Counted from the whole stretch's first letter, positions 12,720 through 25,370 are shown. The stretch: DNA of 63,907 nt, filler included, from Octopus bimaculoides (GCF_001194135.2; 4 parts of 4 records of this genome joined end to end with filler, not necessarily neighbours in it), one strand, 5' to 3'. Notes: generated by a model from the sequence alone, not told the origin. Numbers and translations: made by a program.

Positions 12720-13425
12720 GCAGCAGACTGGCAGAATTGTTAACATGATGGACAAAATTCTTAGCGGCATTTCGTGCATCCTTAAGTTCTGAATTCAAAT
12801 TTTGCTGAGGTTGACTTTGTCCATCATCCTTTCTTGGGTTGATGAAATAAGTACCAGTTACGCACTGGGGGTTGATAAAATCAACCACCCTTTTCTCGCC
12901 GAAATTTCAGGCCTTATGCCTATGGTAGAAAGGATGATTATTATTGTTAGTATTGAGCTGGCAGAATTGTTAGCACACCAGGCAAAATGCTTTGTGGTAT
13001 TTTGTCCACTTTTACATTCCGAGTTCAAATTCTGCCAGGGTTGACTTTGCCTTTCATCCTTTTGAAATCAATTAAATACGTTACATACTGGGGTTGTTGT
13101 AATTGACTTTCCCCCTCCCCGAAATTCCAGATCTTGTGCGTATAGTAGAAAGGATTATTATTATTATTATTATTATTATGATCAACTCTCAGCAGTTAAT
13201 AAAAGAAAGATTATTAACTATTATGATATGGTTAGGTGACAGTTTGGCAAAATCATTAGATCCTTTGGAAAATATGACCCCTAGATCTTGACATTTTGAG
13301 TTCAGATCTCATCCTTCTTCAGCTGATGAAATGAAGTGCCAGTCAAGAACTAAAGTTGGTTTAACTGACTCCCCTTCCTGTTAAAATATCAGTCCTTGTA
13401 CGTATGATAGAAACAGATATTATTA
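12720..13425 (+). mobile_element. Second head-to-tail array of three SINE family A copies
   Basis: Copies at about 12720, 12955 and 13230, each ending in gtagaaagg/atagaaac + (ATT)n. Confidence 0.85.
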
Positions 13426-13981
13426 CCTTTATACCATTGTAATTTGAATTTGTTCAATGGATCAGGTACTATCTGTACATGCTTTTGTCCACTTCTGAAG
13501 CTCAACTGACTCAGGAGAGTTCTGCCCCAAAGCCTCAACAGCACGCTACTTTCATTTTCAAATGGCTAGTGCCAGTGACAAGGCATTCTTGTGGTCAGGT
13601 AGATTTAGATTAATTTAAAGCAGGAAGTTTGTATTGTAAAACGAAGTAAAGGTAGTCTTAGGCAAGTTTATATCAAAAGAATTAAAGTTGATCTTTTAGC
13701 ATAAATATTTCTGAAAGGCTAGGACTATGAAATGGAAGAGTAAGGTCACTAGTTTGCTCAAGTCTTAATTGTGTATTCAAATTCTTCTGAAAAGAAATGC
13801 TCCATTTAATTGGATAATTTAAAGACGGAACAAAAAAGAAAAGAAAAATCCACATTGTTAATTAGTAATATTTTTATTAGTACTTTGAAAATTTTAATCA
13901 CTCTCAGGATTAAGTAAAAATAAAAGTTAATTACAGTGTTTAAAACAAATTGCAACTGAAACAACATTAAATCCCTTTATG

Positions 13982-14033
13982 ATTACATTTCTGATGAAGA
14001 GACTGATGTGTTAGAATTAATTATCAATGTAAT
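13982..14033 (+). ncRNA. Degenerate hammerhead-like motif (probably inactive)
   Basis: ATTACATT t CTGATGA agagactgatgtgtta GAA T TAATTA TC AATGTAAT. There is an 8-bp stem I and a palindromic stem III, but stem II is unpaired and GAAA has become GAAT. Confidence 0.4.
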
Positions 14034-15162
14034 TACTCAATAAACGATATTTCATCAGGAGTTTTATTCCGATATCTTCATATATTTTAGCTTCATATAA
14101 TCAGTGTGTATTATCTTATTTTGGTACAACTGAAATGTTATATTTATTCATGTTTAGAATAATAATTTGATTAATATTCGTTTAGATATCAGAAATTTAG
14201 CATGGCTAAGTCTTAAACAGGCTTCTATTAAAAGGGGTTAAATTTGGACATTTTTTTTTCCCCCACCACAAATTCTTGCCGTTAATATTCCAATGTTGTT
14301 TGTCACTATAAGAAGGAAATTGAAATTTCTTCAGAATAAGTTAGGTGGAAAAATATCAAAATATTTCATCTCAGAGTTTAGATTACATTATTTGTTTCAC
14401 AGTTTTTCAAAGCTCATCATCGTTAATGTAATTTTCTTTTTCTTAGATACCTAAATCCAAACTAAATAAAAATTTAGGTTCTCATATTTTTAAGGTCCAC
14501 AAACTTAAATTTATATATATTTTTCAATATTGGTGTTTGTATGCATATATGTATATATACACATACACACATATATATATTTACTTCTATGTATGTTTGT
14601 GTGTATGTATGATATATATATATATCTGCACAGTCATGTAGTTGTGTGTGTATGTATGTATATATATATAAATATATATATGTTACATATATGCATATAT
14701 ACGTATATGCCTTAGGAATGCATATTCTTATGAACACAGGGAAATAAAATATTTGGCAAATCCAAGTGGGCATAGCATTTAAAGTTAATATAACTAAATT
14801 AGTAACAAAAATTAAATAAAATAAAAATAAAAGGAATATTTAAATATATTGTATATGAAAGCATTGTATTCTTGAAAAATCTTGCACTAGTGTGGAAGTC
14901 CTTAAAATGGAAACTTTTGATTCCTCTTTTGACTTCTCTGTTGCATAACATGAATGTCTGTAGAGAAGCAGGCTTTGCATTAATGCAAAATTCTTCAGGA
15001 ATGTAACACTTTCATAGTATAAGCGATGTTTTTAATTACTTTACTCTAGCATAAGGAAAGGAATTTAGCATTTCTCATTCTTGATATATTTTAAAAAGAA
15101 ATGTTTTAGAAATATTCAATTTCACAATACCAATAATATATATATGGATATGCATTACATAC

Positions 15163-15204
<42 letters not shown>

Positions 15205-15216
15205 GTATATACACAC

Positions 15217-15257
<41 letters not shown>

Positions 15258-15354
15258 GTGTATATATATATGTGTACATATGTGCACATAAATATATATG
15301 TATATATGTGTATGTATATACATATATGTATATGCATGTATGTATATACATATA

Positions 15355-15392
<38 letters not shown>

Positions 15393-16589
15393 NNNNNNNN
15401 NNNNNNNNNNNNNNNNNNNNNNNNNNNNNNNNNNNNNNNNNNNNNNNNNNNNNNNNNNNNNNNNNNNNNNNNNNNNNNNNNNNNNNNNNNNNNNNNNNNN
15501 NNNNNNNNNNNNNNNNNNNNNNNNNNNNNNNNNNNNNNNNNNNNNNNNNNNNNNNNNNNNNNNNNNNNNNNNNNNNNNNNNNNNNNNNNNNNNNNNNNNN
15601 NNNNNNNNNNNNNNNNNNNNNNNNNNNNNNNNNNNNNNNNNNNNNNNNNNNNNNNNNNNNNNNNNNNNNNNNNNNNNNNNNNNNNNNNNNNNNNNNNNNN
15701 NNNNNNNNNNNTAAATGAATATTTAAAAAAAAAATAACCCCATTAATCCATGCAAACAAAAATTCAAAATATTAAACAAAGAGAAAACATCAAATTACAA
15801 AATGTAATGAATAAATTCGATGGTATTTAAATATTTTTATGTAATTTATTATTCAGGCTAAATTAGGGTTTTTTTTACTGTTCAAAATAGAGCTCGTTTA
15901 ATTTTTAGGTGTTCCCCGTATTTTTAAACATTTTATTAATTACTTATTCAAAATATACATAGATGTCTTGATTGTTATATATTACTATCACTCCTTTAAT
16001 GCTTCTAGAAGTTATAGCAAATTAATTTGTAGTGAATTCTTAAATCGTTGTTAAATGTCATTATTTCTTAGATAATACAAAATGATGAGGTGAAATTATT
16101 AATATCTATTCTCTTTTAAATTTTCAGTGCAGTCAAGGACTTATTGTGTATTGTGTGGGTGAATGTATGCATAAACTGAAATTAAAATACATGACTTTTT
16201 AATTAATTCATTAAGTGATTAAGTCAGATTAGATGTAGCACAGCATTTGGGGTTACAATTGTATTAATAATAATAATAATAGTAATTGTATTAATAATAA
16301 TAATAAGGAGAATGTTATGAAAGGATAACCAGTTACATTGCATTTCCATATGTGTTTGCTAACATGTGGAACGGTTTTAATCTTTGAGATCAGGATCGAA
16401 TGCAGTTATGATTATAGAAATCATCTGAACAATAGTGTTGAAGCAACAGTGAATAATTATATGACCCCAGGTTCAAATCCTAGTGCTGGTATTGTGATGT
16501 ATGTTGTTTAGTGAAAGGTTGTTTCGTCTTTTTAGGCTCAGGTTAGTATCTCTTATCTGGGACATTTGTAGCTATATTGGAAGAGAGTA

Positions 16590-16750
16590 CACACTATAAT
16601 GTGTTTGGCATTAGGAAGGGCATCTAACCATAAAAATCCTGCCAAAGTGGGTATTGGAGCACAAGGCATTCTTTGGGCCTGGGAGATTGTTTCAAACCAG
16701 CCAGCCCTTGCCAGTATGGAACATGAATGTTAAATGAGGAGGATGATGAT
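16590..16750 (+). mobile_element. RTE-type 3' tail
   Basis: tggcattaggaagggcatctaaccataaaaatcctgcc...gaacatgaatgttaaatgaggaggatgatgatg. Confidence 0.6.
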
Positions 16751-17139
16751 GATGAGGAAGAGGAGAATACCAGTTCAGACTTACAGTCAAAGATGACCAA
16801 AGTTATGATCAGTAGCACTGGAGCCTTTGGTTAAAGAACATACTTTTACAGCTGAACAAACTGGGGTAGTGTGAAATTAAATGTTTTACCCAAAGACACA
16901 CATGCACTACCTGGTTGAAGAATGGAACTCGTGGCCTTATGACTGTGTACCAAATGAAAATATTGAAAGGAGATGCATTAAAATATGTACTAAGCTCAAG
17001 TTAATTGACTATGGTGAGACAGCAGCATGGCAGGACTCCATTGAATGAGATAAAAAAAAAAAAGATATAAATGAAAGGAGACAATGCACCAAATGATAAC
17101 AAGAAGGCCAGTAGTATATTAAATGAAAATAACCATCAA

Positions 17140-17400
17140 GTCATCATCATCATCATCATTTTAATGTCTTTCATGCTTGCATGGGTCAGATGGACTTTGT
17201 TGAAGCTGGTATTTTTATGACTGGATACTCTTCCTGTTGCCAACCCTTACCCGTTCAAAAGCATGATAGTATTTGGCCAGACATCTTTCTCATTGAAGAC
17301 TGGAAATATGGGACAACACTCGTATGACAGTGACACTTGTCTGTAACTATTACGTGGTGTCCAGACTGGATGGTCACATCTGGAACATAATGTCAATAGA
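17140..17400 (-). mobile_element. RTE-type 3' tail / SINE
   Basis: (CAT)n followed by ttttaatgtctttcatgcttgcatgggtcagatgg..ggatactcttcctgttgccaacc, the reverse complement of the RTE tail. Confidence 0.55.
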
Positions 17401-17494
17401 TATAGTCCTTGATCTAACATGGCAGCCTTTGAGTAGTTGTTCAGCTTACTAGAGGAAGCTGAGAAACTTCACTCAGATTACATCCTACCGTCTT

Positions 17495-17720
17495 AGCTGA
17501 TGTGAAGGGGCATGTAAGATTGTGGTTTCAAATCCTGGACCAGGTGACGCAATGTGTTCTTGAGCAAAACACTTCATTTCATATAGCTCCAGTCCACTTA
17601 GCTGGCAAAAATGAGTAATCGTGCAACAGGCCGGTGTCCCATCCAGTGGGGAATATATATTTGCCATGGAAACCAAGGAAACCAGCCCTGTGAATCTCCA
17701 TGACTGCGAAAGGATTTAAG
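17495..17720 (+). mobile_element. tRNA-derived CORE-like SINE
   Basis: B-box ggtttcaaatcc, then ttgagcaaaacacttcatttca..ctccagtccacttagctggcaaaaatgagta. Confidence 0.6.
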
Positions 17721-18268
17721 CTGAATCCGCCACCAAGATAAAAACATGGCACATTGGACGATATACACCGAATGGAATACTTTTGAGCATAAGACTATGC
17801 AATCAGAGCAGATGCTGGGACCTGCTTTATAAGCTAATATCCCTGTTTGTGGATGCCATAAAATGCACCTAAATCTCATCCTGAAATTGCATGCCGTCCA
17901 AAAGACAAACAAAGAATTGATGGTTGCAGCTGGACTGTAGAGTCTTGAGTGGCCTTGGGCTGAACAATAAGATGACAAATGACCACAATAAGTCAATGTG
18001 AGACTGCACTGGATTTTGCCGTTAATCTTTCCGAATAATTGTTTTCTGAAAATAAAGCCTTCTTAAGTAGTGAATTACAGAATAGAAGACATTTATAGAA
18101 AATGAATTATAAAGAAATATATTTTAATACGTGTGTGTGTGTGTGTGCATACATGCATGTATGTATAAGTATAGACATTTGTGTGTGAGTGAGTGTATAG
18201 CGATATATATGTTTGTATGTGTATATACATACATATGTACATGTTCATATATGTATATATATGTGAGA

Positions 18269-18302
<34 letters not shown>

Positions 18303-18402
18303 NNNNNNNNNNNNNNNNNNNNNNNNNNNNNNNNNNNNNNNNNNNNTTAATTAATTAANNNNNNNNNNNNNNNNNNNNNNNNNNNNNNNNNNNNNNNNNN
18401 NN
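18303..18402. other. Artificial scaffold-joining spacer N44-TTAATTAATTAA-N44
   Basis: Exactly 100 nt; the 12-mer gives stops in all six frames. Identical spacers occur at 40659-40758 and 62778-62877. Confidence 0.95.
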
Positions 18403-19229
18403 GCCATAATTTTAAGGAGCGATAAGAATTTTTGAATAAAGGAAAATGGGTAGGGGTGGGTAGGTACCGTCAGCGAGTAGATAGGGCTCTTAATTGTAGA
18501 TTTTAAATATTTGAGAGACAACAATGCATAAATCGTAATTTTTAAAAGAGCAATGAATTCTAGGTGAATAGAATATAACGTAGCATGAATTTAGGAAGCT
18601 TAGAAAATGAATAAGTATGAATTTAAGACAACAACTGAATTCAATTGAATTTCATGGAGAGAAACAAGATAAATAATAGAGGGCAGACTAAAGCGCGAAG
18701 GTATGAGATGTTTGAGGCCGTAAATAAATAAAAATCTCTATCTTATCTGCATCTTGGAGACTTCGTCGTAGTATGTCAGCGGAGAAGAGATTGAGATAAT
18801 TTAGAATACAATCATATATATATACATATATCCATATATACATGTAAATATATGTATATACATAGATATACACACTTAATAAAATTTTCTGAACACATAT
18901 TTAGAAGAGTCTGTACAAGATAAAACACGTTTATGTCTGTTATTAAGCAATTTCTTCTTAGATGGTAAAATTTGAAACTCATCCACATATAAGTTACATC
19001 TTTCATCAGCAATTTTATATGATCTAGCATGACTATTTACCATTTAATGTTGTACAATTTCATACTATCCTTTAATTTCCATATAAACTTACTTAAACTG
19101 GTACTGTTCAACTTATCCCTATTCTTAAAAGTATACTCATGCTTTACAATTCATTTCTTAATAAAATTTTCAGTTGATTCAATGTAAAAGTAATTTTTCC
19201 CTTCAGATTCAACTCTACATCTATGTTAC

Positions 19230-20345
19230 ATTGGAAAATATGAGCAAAAGAAATAATATTCTTAAGATTATAAACCTGGGAAAGTACAGGACAAGTTATT
19301 ACACTTGGGAAATTTCAGGACAAGGTTTTACATCTGGTAAAATATTGCAGCTAACAATAAAATTTGAAATAAAATATTTAGATTTAGAAAATATTTGCTG
19401 TTATTAAAACTAAAAATTTGATTACAAGTTATTTCTTTTATTTGTTACTGCTTGTTACTTCTATTAAAAATTAAAAAATAACACAAATTATTTTTTGCAC
19501 TTAAAAAATATATTTTTAATTATTAATTAATAATCAAAAATTTGAAAATAGGTTATAAAAAATAATAGCAGTCTATAATTAGTATAATAAATAGAATAAT
19601 ACAAACATTNNNNNNNNNNNNNNNNNNNNNNNNNNNNNNNNNNNNNNNNNNNNNNNNNNNNNNNNNNNNNNNNNNNNNNNNNNNNNNNNNNNNNNNNNNN
19701 NNNNNNNNNNNNNNNNNNNNNNNNNNNNNNNNNNNNNNNNNNNNNNNNNNNNNNNNNNNNNNNNNNNNNNNNNNNNNNNNNNNNNNNNNNNNNNNNNNNN
19801 NNNNNNNNNNNNNNNNNNNNNNNNNNNNNNNNNNNNNNNNNNNNNNNNNNNNNNNNNNNNNNNNNNNNNNNNNNNNNNNNNNNNNNNNNNNNNNNNNNNN
19901 NNNNNNNNNNNNNNNNNNNNNNNNNNNNNNNNNNNNNNNNNNNNNNNNNNNNNNNNNNNNNNNNNNNNNNNNNNNNNNNNNNNNNNNNAACTTTTCCAAG
20001 TTTAATAACTTGTACTTATCCAGGTTTAACAATATTATTACAAAGTAATTATAATAATTAAAAAACATGCCATCATTTTGTTAAAATATTGACACACTAG
20101 AATACTTTAAAAATGAGAGCCAGAAGTACCAATATAGCTAAAGTTTTATGCAAAGTAGAATAGCATATATGGTAGGCAAATTCATTTTATCCTTAACTGC
20201 AATATTTTAAGTAGAAATTTTCTTGTTCTGTACTTTACCAAATGTAATAACTTGTCCTGAACTTTTCCAAGTTTAATAACTTGTACTTATCCAGGTTTAA
20301 CAATATTATTTCTCTTGCTCGCATTTTTCCATATAATCCATGTTT
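19230..20345. mobile_element. Foldback-like structure: diverged long inverted repeats built of about 27-bp subrepeats, spanning a gap
   Basis: About 19230-19370 is similar to the reverse complement of about 20190-20345, with subrepeat aaacytggraaagtwcaggacaagttatta. Confidence 0.55.
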
Positions 20346-21339
20346 CTTCCAGGCTATACTGTTATGCTAATTAATAATGTGTCAATAATTTAAGATTTTT
20401 ACCTTATTGAAAATGATCTCAATCTTGCCAGTGAATCGGGTGGGTTTTAAGCTAGCTCCTGTCGAGGACTCTTCATTAGGCTTTGGGCCCAACAATGACA
20501 CTTCATGCATTGAGTACATATTAAATTTTATTAAACTTGAACAATATTTTTTGAGCAATGAACAATTTTCATCAAAACAATGATATAATTTGTTGACTTG
20601 GTAACTTATTGCAAAGCTGCATGATAAACTTTTTTTGTCTCCTCATTTAAGAGTCAGTACAATTTTTTTTCTATCTAACCTCATTCTTTCTCTCTCTCTT
20701 TTTCTTTTGATTGTTTTCAGCCATCACCAGTACCTCCACCATCGCCACCACTTCTGCCATACACACACCATTCAAACTTCTGATGCCACCACCATCAATA
20801 CCTTTGACTTCACCACCTTCCTCTCCACCACCATGACCACTGTCTTTTACATCACTTACTCTCACCATCATCCCTGACCACCATCATCACCACCATCTCC
20901 ACCTCTATCACAACTACAGCTCATATTATTACTATCACCCCATTACCATCACAAAAAGGCTAAATGTGTTTTTTCAGTATGTTATTGAGCATGTTACTTC
21001 AGTGTTCAGTCCCTCTTTCTCTCACATACCCACTCTTTCTCTCTCTCTTATTATTACTCCCACTACCATCATCAACACTACTACTTTTAATAAAAACATC
21101 AACACTACTACTTTTAATAAAAACATCAACACTCCCTCAATTTCTTTGTCTCTCTTTCTTTTCCTCTCTTTTTTCTCTCTCTTTCTGTCTGTCTTCACCA
21201 CCACCCTCACTGTTTCTATGCCTACTATTACTCTCACCCCATCATGAGGAATAGTTGGAGTATCATTGAATAGTGAGAGAGTGGGGTCTAAGTGTGACAC
21301 ACTGACACACAGAAATTAGTTTTCACATTTATTATATTA

Positions 21340-21835
21340 GAAGTCCCTTTATAGAACTAATTCATAAAAAAATATAGAACTATGTTATCACCCTCAAATT
21401 TGAGAAACAAACATTCATAACTTTTTCTTTTAGAACTTTTTTTTCATCTCAGATATTATGGGACTGTGTTTATAATTGCATTAATTAATACATCATCATC
21501 ATCGGAAAGCGGACGTTAAACGATGATGAAGATGATGATGTATTAATTAATGCAATTATAAACACAGTCCCATAATATTTGAGATGAAAAAAAAGTTTTA
21601 AAAGAAAAAGTTATGAATGTTTGTTTCTCAAATTTTGAGGGTGATAACAGTTCTATATTTTTAAAAACTAATTGCAAATTAGTAGTATCATTGATAATTT
21701 TTTCCTTACCTCAATGATGCCAGTGACATATCTTAAAAGTCTCCTTAGAGAACTATATTTATAAAAAGTATAGAACTATATTATCACCCTCAAATTTGAG
21801 AAACAAACAGTCATAACTTTTTCTTTTAAAACTTC
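21340..21835. repeat. Palindrome (about 135-bp arms) plus a third direct copy: direct-inverted-direct triplication
   Basis: 21367-21503 is the reverse complement of about 21522-21662 (about four differences) around GGAAAGCGGACGTTAAAC. About 21340-21436 recurs directly at about 21738-21835. Confidence 0.92.
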
Positions 21836-22219
21836 ATTGCATGAAATTGATACCATTAAATTCCTCAAATTGAGCTCTATCATTTAAGCTTAATTAAAAT
21901 ATAGTTTTGTTTTTAAAATAAAAAATTTAATTATACTTAAATTCAATTTTTTGCCTTATATTTTTTCATATTTTATCTCATAACTTTTTTGATACAAATT
22001 TTCGTTGTATGGGAGCAAAACTGTGAAATTCCTCATGCTTTCTTCTATCATTGAAGCTAAGATAAATACATTTTGCGTTTAAAATAAAACACTTATTTAG
22101 ATCTAAACTTGATTGGAGGCGTTATTTACTCTCCTATAATGTTGCTACAAATTTTGTTGTAAACTTTTTTCTACTAGATCAAATCTCAATTTTTTTTATG
22201 CCAAAATGTAACTAAGGAC

Positions 22220-23400
22220 CAGTCCTCTTCAAGAATGTTAACAGTTTTCGATTTGGTTAAGAAGTGAATTAGCAACAAGGCTCTGAAGCTGTTGTGTGTG
22301 AGTAAATTATGGCCTGAAGAATATTATTCAACTACTACCGTAGTTGAATGATACAAGGTTATTGTGCATGCAAAAATTAGTGAAATAACACTTATCCTTA
22401 AATCTACAATCACAAGTTCTAGCGATATAATTATCAGTAATAGAATCATTATTTCTATTATTATAAAAACTGTCTAATTTTTTTATTATTAGTTGAAGAG
22501 ATAATTCTAAACAAATTTTTGGATACTGAAAAACCAATTCTGGTCCTTTTATTACTAATTATTTTATTATATTTCTTTTCTTTATTAAAATGCTTAGATA
22601 TAGATCTGTAAAAACGCTTAATTAGTTTCTATTTGCCTTGCATAAGGAATAATAAACGAAATATTATCATTTATAGAATTAATATCATTAAGTGTATCTA
22701 AACTGGCATACGAAGTATTGTTTTTAGTCTTAAATTGTCATAATACAGGTTTAGCTTATCTACATTATTTATATTGATTTTAGAACCTACATTTACACTA
22801 TATTTCATTATTTTCATACATTGGTTATCCTTAGATTCAGTAATGTCTAATTTATTAGTTACCTCATCAGCCTTATTAGTATTTTTATTATATTTTTATG
22901 AGATTTACTACTTTTAATTACTTTAGTCACATCTCCATTATTAGATCCACACATTCTGTTATCAACTGATTTACCATTAACATAATATTTTTTATAGTCT
23001 TCATTTTTATTACAATAAACAATCCTATGCATGTATCCTGCTTTTCTAAGGGCAACATTATAATATTTTTGCCTTATTGTTAAAAATTTCCTCATTAGAA
23101 GATAAATATGAAATGCCTCGAAATATTATCAGTTTAAGTTCATGTTATTGCTTTAGGATGATTACTGTTAATATTAATATATTTCAGATATCGTTAGGTT
23201 TATGATATGGGTTATATTGGCCAGTAACAAGGTGCAGATTAACATCTAAATAATTAACAGAATCGTGTTTATTTTCAATAAATAAACCAAATATTTTTTT
23301 TAAACTATGGAATTTTTCCATATACAAATCCAATTTCCTATTTGATAGACTATTAATAAAAAACAGCACATCATCTCTATAATATCTGGAAATTCGTTAC
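22220..23400 (-). mobile_element. Penelope/Poseidon-like retroelement remnant (RT C-terminus to linker/endonuclease)
   Basis: Minus-strand peptides YLDVNLHLVTGQYNPYHKPND, YNVALRKAGY and RTCDCRFKDKCY..CMHNNLV; many stops and frameshifts. Confidence 0.8.
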
Positions 23401-23429
23401 CCCTAATATCTGGAAATTCACTACATGTA

Positions 23430-23660
23430 TCTCTTATCTTTTACTTGTTTTAGTCATTTGTCTGTGGTCATACTGGAGCATCGCCTTGAAGTGTTTTTAT
23501 TTGTATAAATCAGCCCCAGGACTTTTTTTAACCTAGTATCTATTCTACTGGTCTCTTTTCCCGAACCACTAAGTTACTGGAATGTAAACATGCCAACGTT
23601 AATTGTCAAACAGTAGGGATGGAGGAGAAATGTAGAGACAAAGACACACACATACACACA
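23430..23660 (-). mobile_element. SINE 3' module (family C)
   Basis: Reverse complement of the 48010-48225 module (cttttacttgttttagtcattt..ctggagcatcgcc..ccgaaccactaagttac). Confidence 0.75.
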
Positions 23661-23820
23661 TAGGATGTATATATCTATTATGAATTTATTGTATTTATTT
23701 CATTATTAAGATTTATATAATGTATTTCCCATGTTTTACTGAAACATATAACACAGAATGAAAATGGTACTACATATTCCAGTCTTTGTTTTAACGCATG
23801 TGTGTGTATACATATATGCG

Positions 23821-23870
<50 letters not shown>

Positions 23871-24093
23871 TATATATTCACATATATTTGTATATATATA
23901 ATTATATATTCACATATGTAAATATATATAATTCATATATTTGCATATATGTCTGTGTGTTCACACACAGGCACACATGCACTTGTGCACACACGCACAC
24001 ACACACACACACACCTTATAGCATGTATTACCTTGCTTTTTCATTCATTGTTTAAATGAGTAGTTTGTTGATGCATATATTTTTTATTCTTAG

Positions 24094-24240
24094 CCTTTGA
24101 TGCAGCCTTTTTATGAAGAAAATATAGAACAAGTTGGAGACCTGTATCTAGATATAGCAGAAGCATATATGGAAAATGCTCTTTACTCAGAGGCTAAATC
24201 TCTGTTTTCAGTTCTTGTTCATTCAACTACATACAATGAG
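24094..24240 (+). CDS. GTF3C3: General transcription factor IIIC subunit 3 (TFIIIC102), TPR-region exon
   Basis: ttcttag|...|gtaagt, 147 nt, phase 0-0: PLMQPFYEENIEQVGDLYLDIAEAYMENALYSEAKSLFSVLVHSTTYNE. Matches recalled human PLLTTLVEQNPEDMGDLYLDVAEAFLDVGEYNSALPLLSALVCSERYNL. Confidence 0.92.
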
Positions 24241-24576
24241 GTAAGTCAGTTCTTTTGATAAGTTCAGTTACCATGTGAAGTATAAAGTAAGATGCTTTAG
24301 CATACTGTCTTCTGCAACTTTATTATTTTTTTTTTACAATCTAAACCTGCATGCAATCCACCACCACCATCTTTCCAAAATTTCCCTCTTTGCTTTTAAA
24401 ACAACAAAAACATGTTGTAACCTTGTCAAAAATTCCATTGTTCCTAGTTTCATCCCGCCTAATGTTCCTCATACTCTGAATTTGGTTGTACTCATCATTA
24501 CTATTCCAAACAAGTAGTTGTATAGAAGAAATAAATTAAATTAGAAATGCTCAAAGAATGTATGAGGATTAATTAA

Positions 24577-24610
<34 letters not shown>

Positions 24611-24920
24611 TCAGTAGTTTATAAAAAGAAGCACACTCTAAAGCATTAAAGCTGTAATATATTTTTTCAGGTAGTTAAAAGTTTTGGCTAGTCATAGAAT
24701 AGCCATTGGTTTTATACCTATAAAGTGTTTCATTCGTTTTGATACCCACTTTATTCTCTCTTGCTCATATTATGTCTGTATCCTTGCTTTTGCATGCTAT
24801 ATGTTAAATAGTGGCTTTCGCTTTGTCTGTTTGGATATTTTACATGGCCTTTATCTAGAGAATAGGGCAGCCATGATGTTTGGTCATTTGCGGTGTACCT
24901 GCCCAACCCACCCCAAATAT

Positions 24921-25370
24921 CTATACCAGGAAAGGTCGTTTTTCCTCAAACCTCTACCAGAAGTCTTTTCTCTTCGAACCTCTACTGGAAGTCTTTTCTC
25001 CTCGAATCTCTACCAGCAATCTTATCTCCTTGAAACCCTATTGGAAGTCTTTTATCTCCAACCTCTTACTGGAAGTCTTTTCTCCTTGAACCCCTAGCTG
25101 AAGTCTTTTCACCTCGAATCCTTACCAGAAGTCTTTTCTCCTCAAAACCCTACTGGAAGTCTTTTGTCCCCAACCCCCTACTGGAATTTATTTTCTCCTT
25201 TCCTTGAACTTCTACTGGACATCTTTTCTCCTCAAACCACTACCAGAAGTCTTTTCTCCTCAAACCCCTACCTGAAGTCTTTTCTCTTTGAACCCCTACT
25301 GGAAATCTTTTCTCCTCGAACTCCTACTGGAAGTCTTTTTGCCTTGAACCCCTACTGGAAGCTTTTTGTC
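24921..25370. repeat. 28-bp minisatellite, about 16 diverged units
   Basis: Consensus approximately cctactggaagtcttttctcctcgaacc; units are contiguous with no spacers; lies in the GTF3C3 intron. Confidence 0.92.

Noticed and set aside
18347-18358. TTAATTAATTAA as a biological motif
   Set aside because: It is centred in exactly 44+44 Ns three times, so it is a synthetic six-frame-stop spacer.
20403-20430. Minus-strand peptide GKIEIIFNK resembling the upstream RBFOX exon (DVEIIFNERGSK)
   Set aside because: Only five residues match, it is on the wrong strand and a different segment, and the flanks do not match.
24650-24720. Strong acceptor-like site (ttttttcag) suggesting an additional GTF3C3 exon
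   Set aside because: The two flanking exons already give a contiguous match to the orthologous protein, and the downstream frame has no similarity.
24921-25370. CRISPR-like array of about 28-bp repeats
   Set aside because: Units are contiguous with no unique spacers and are degenerate, there are no cas genes, and the context is a eukaryotic intron.
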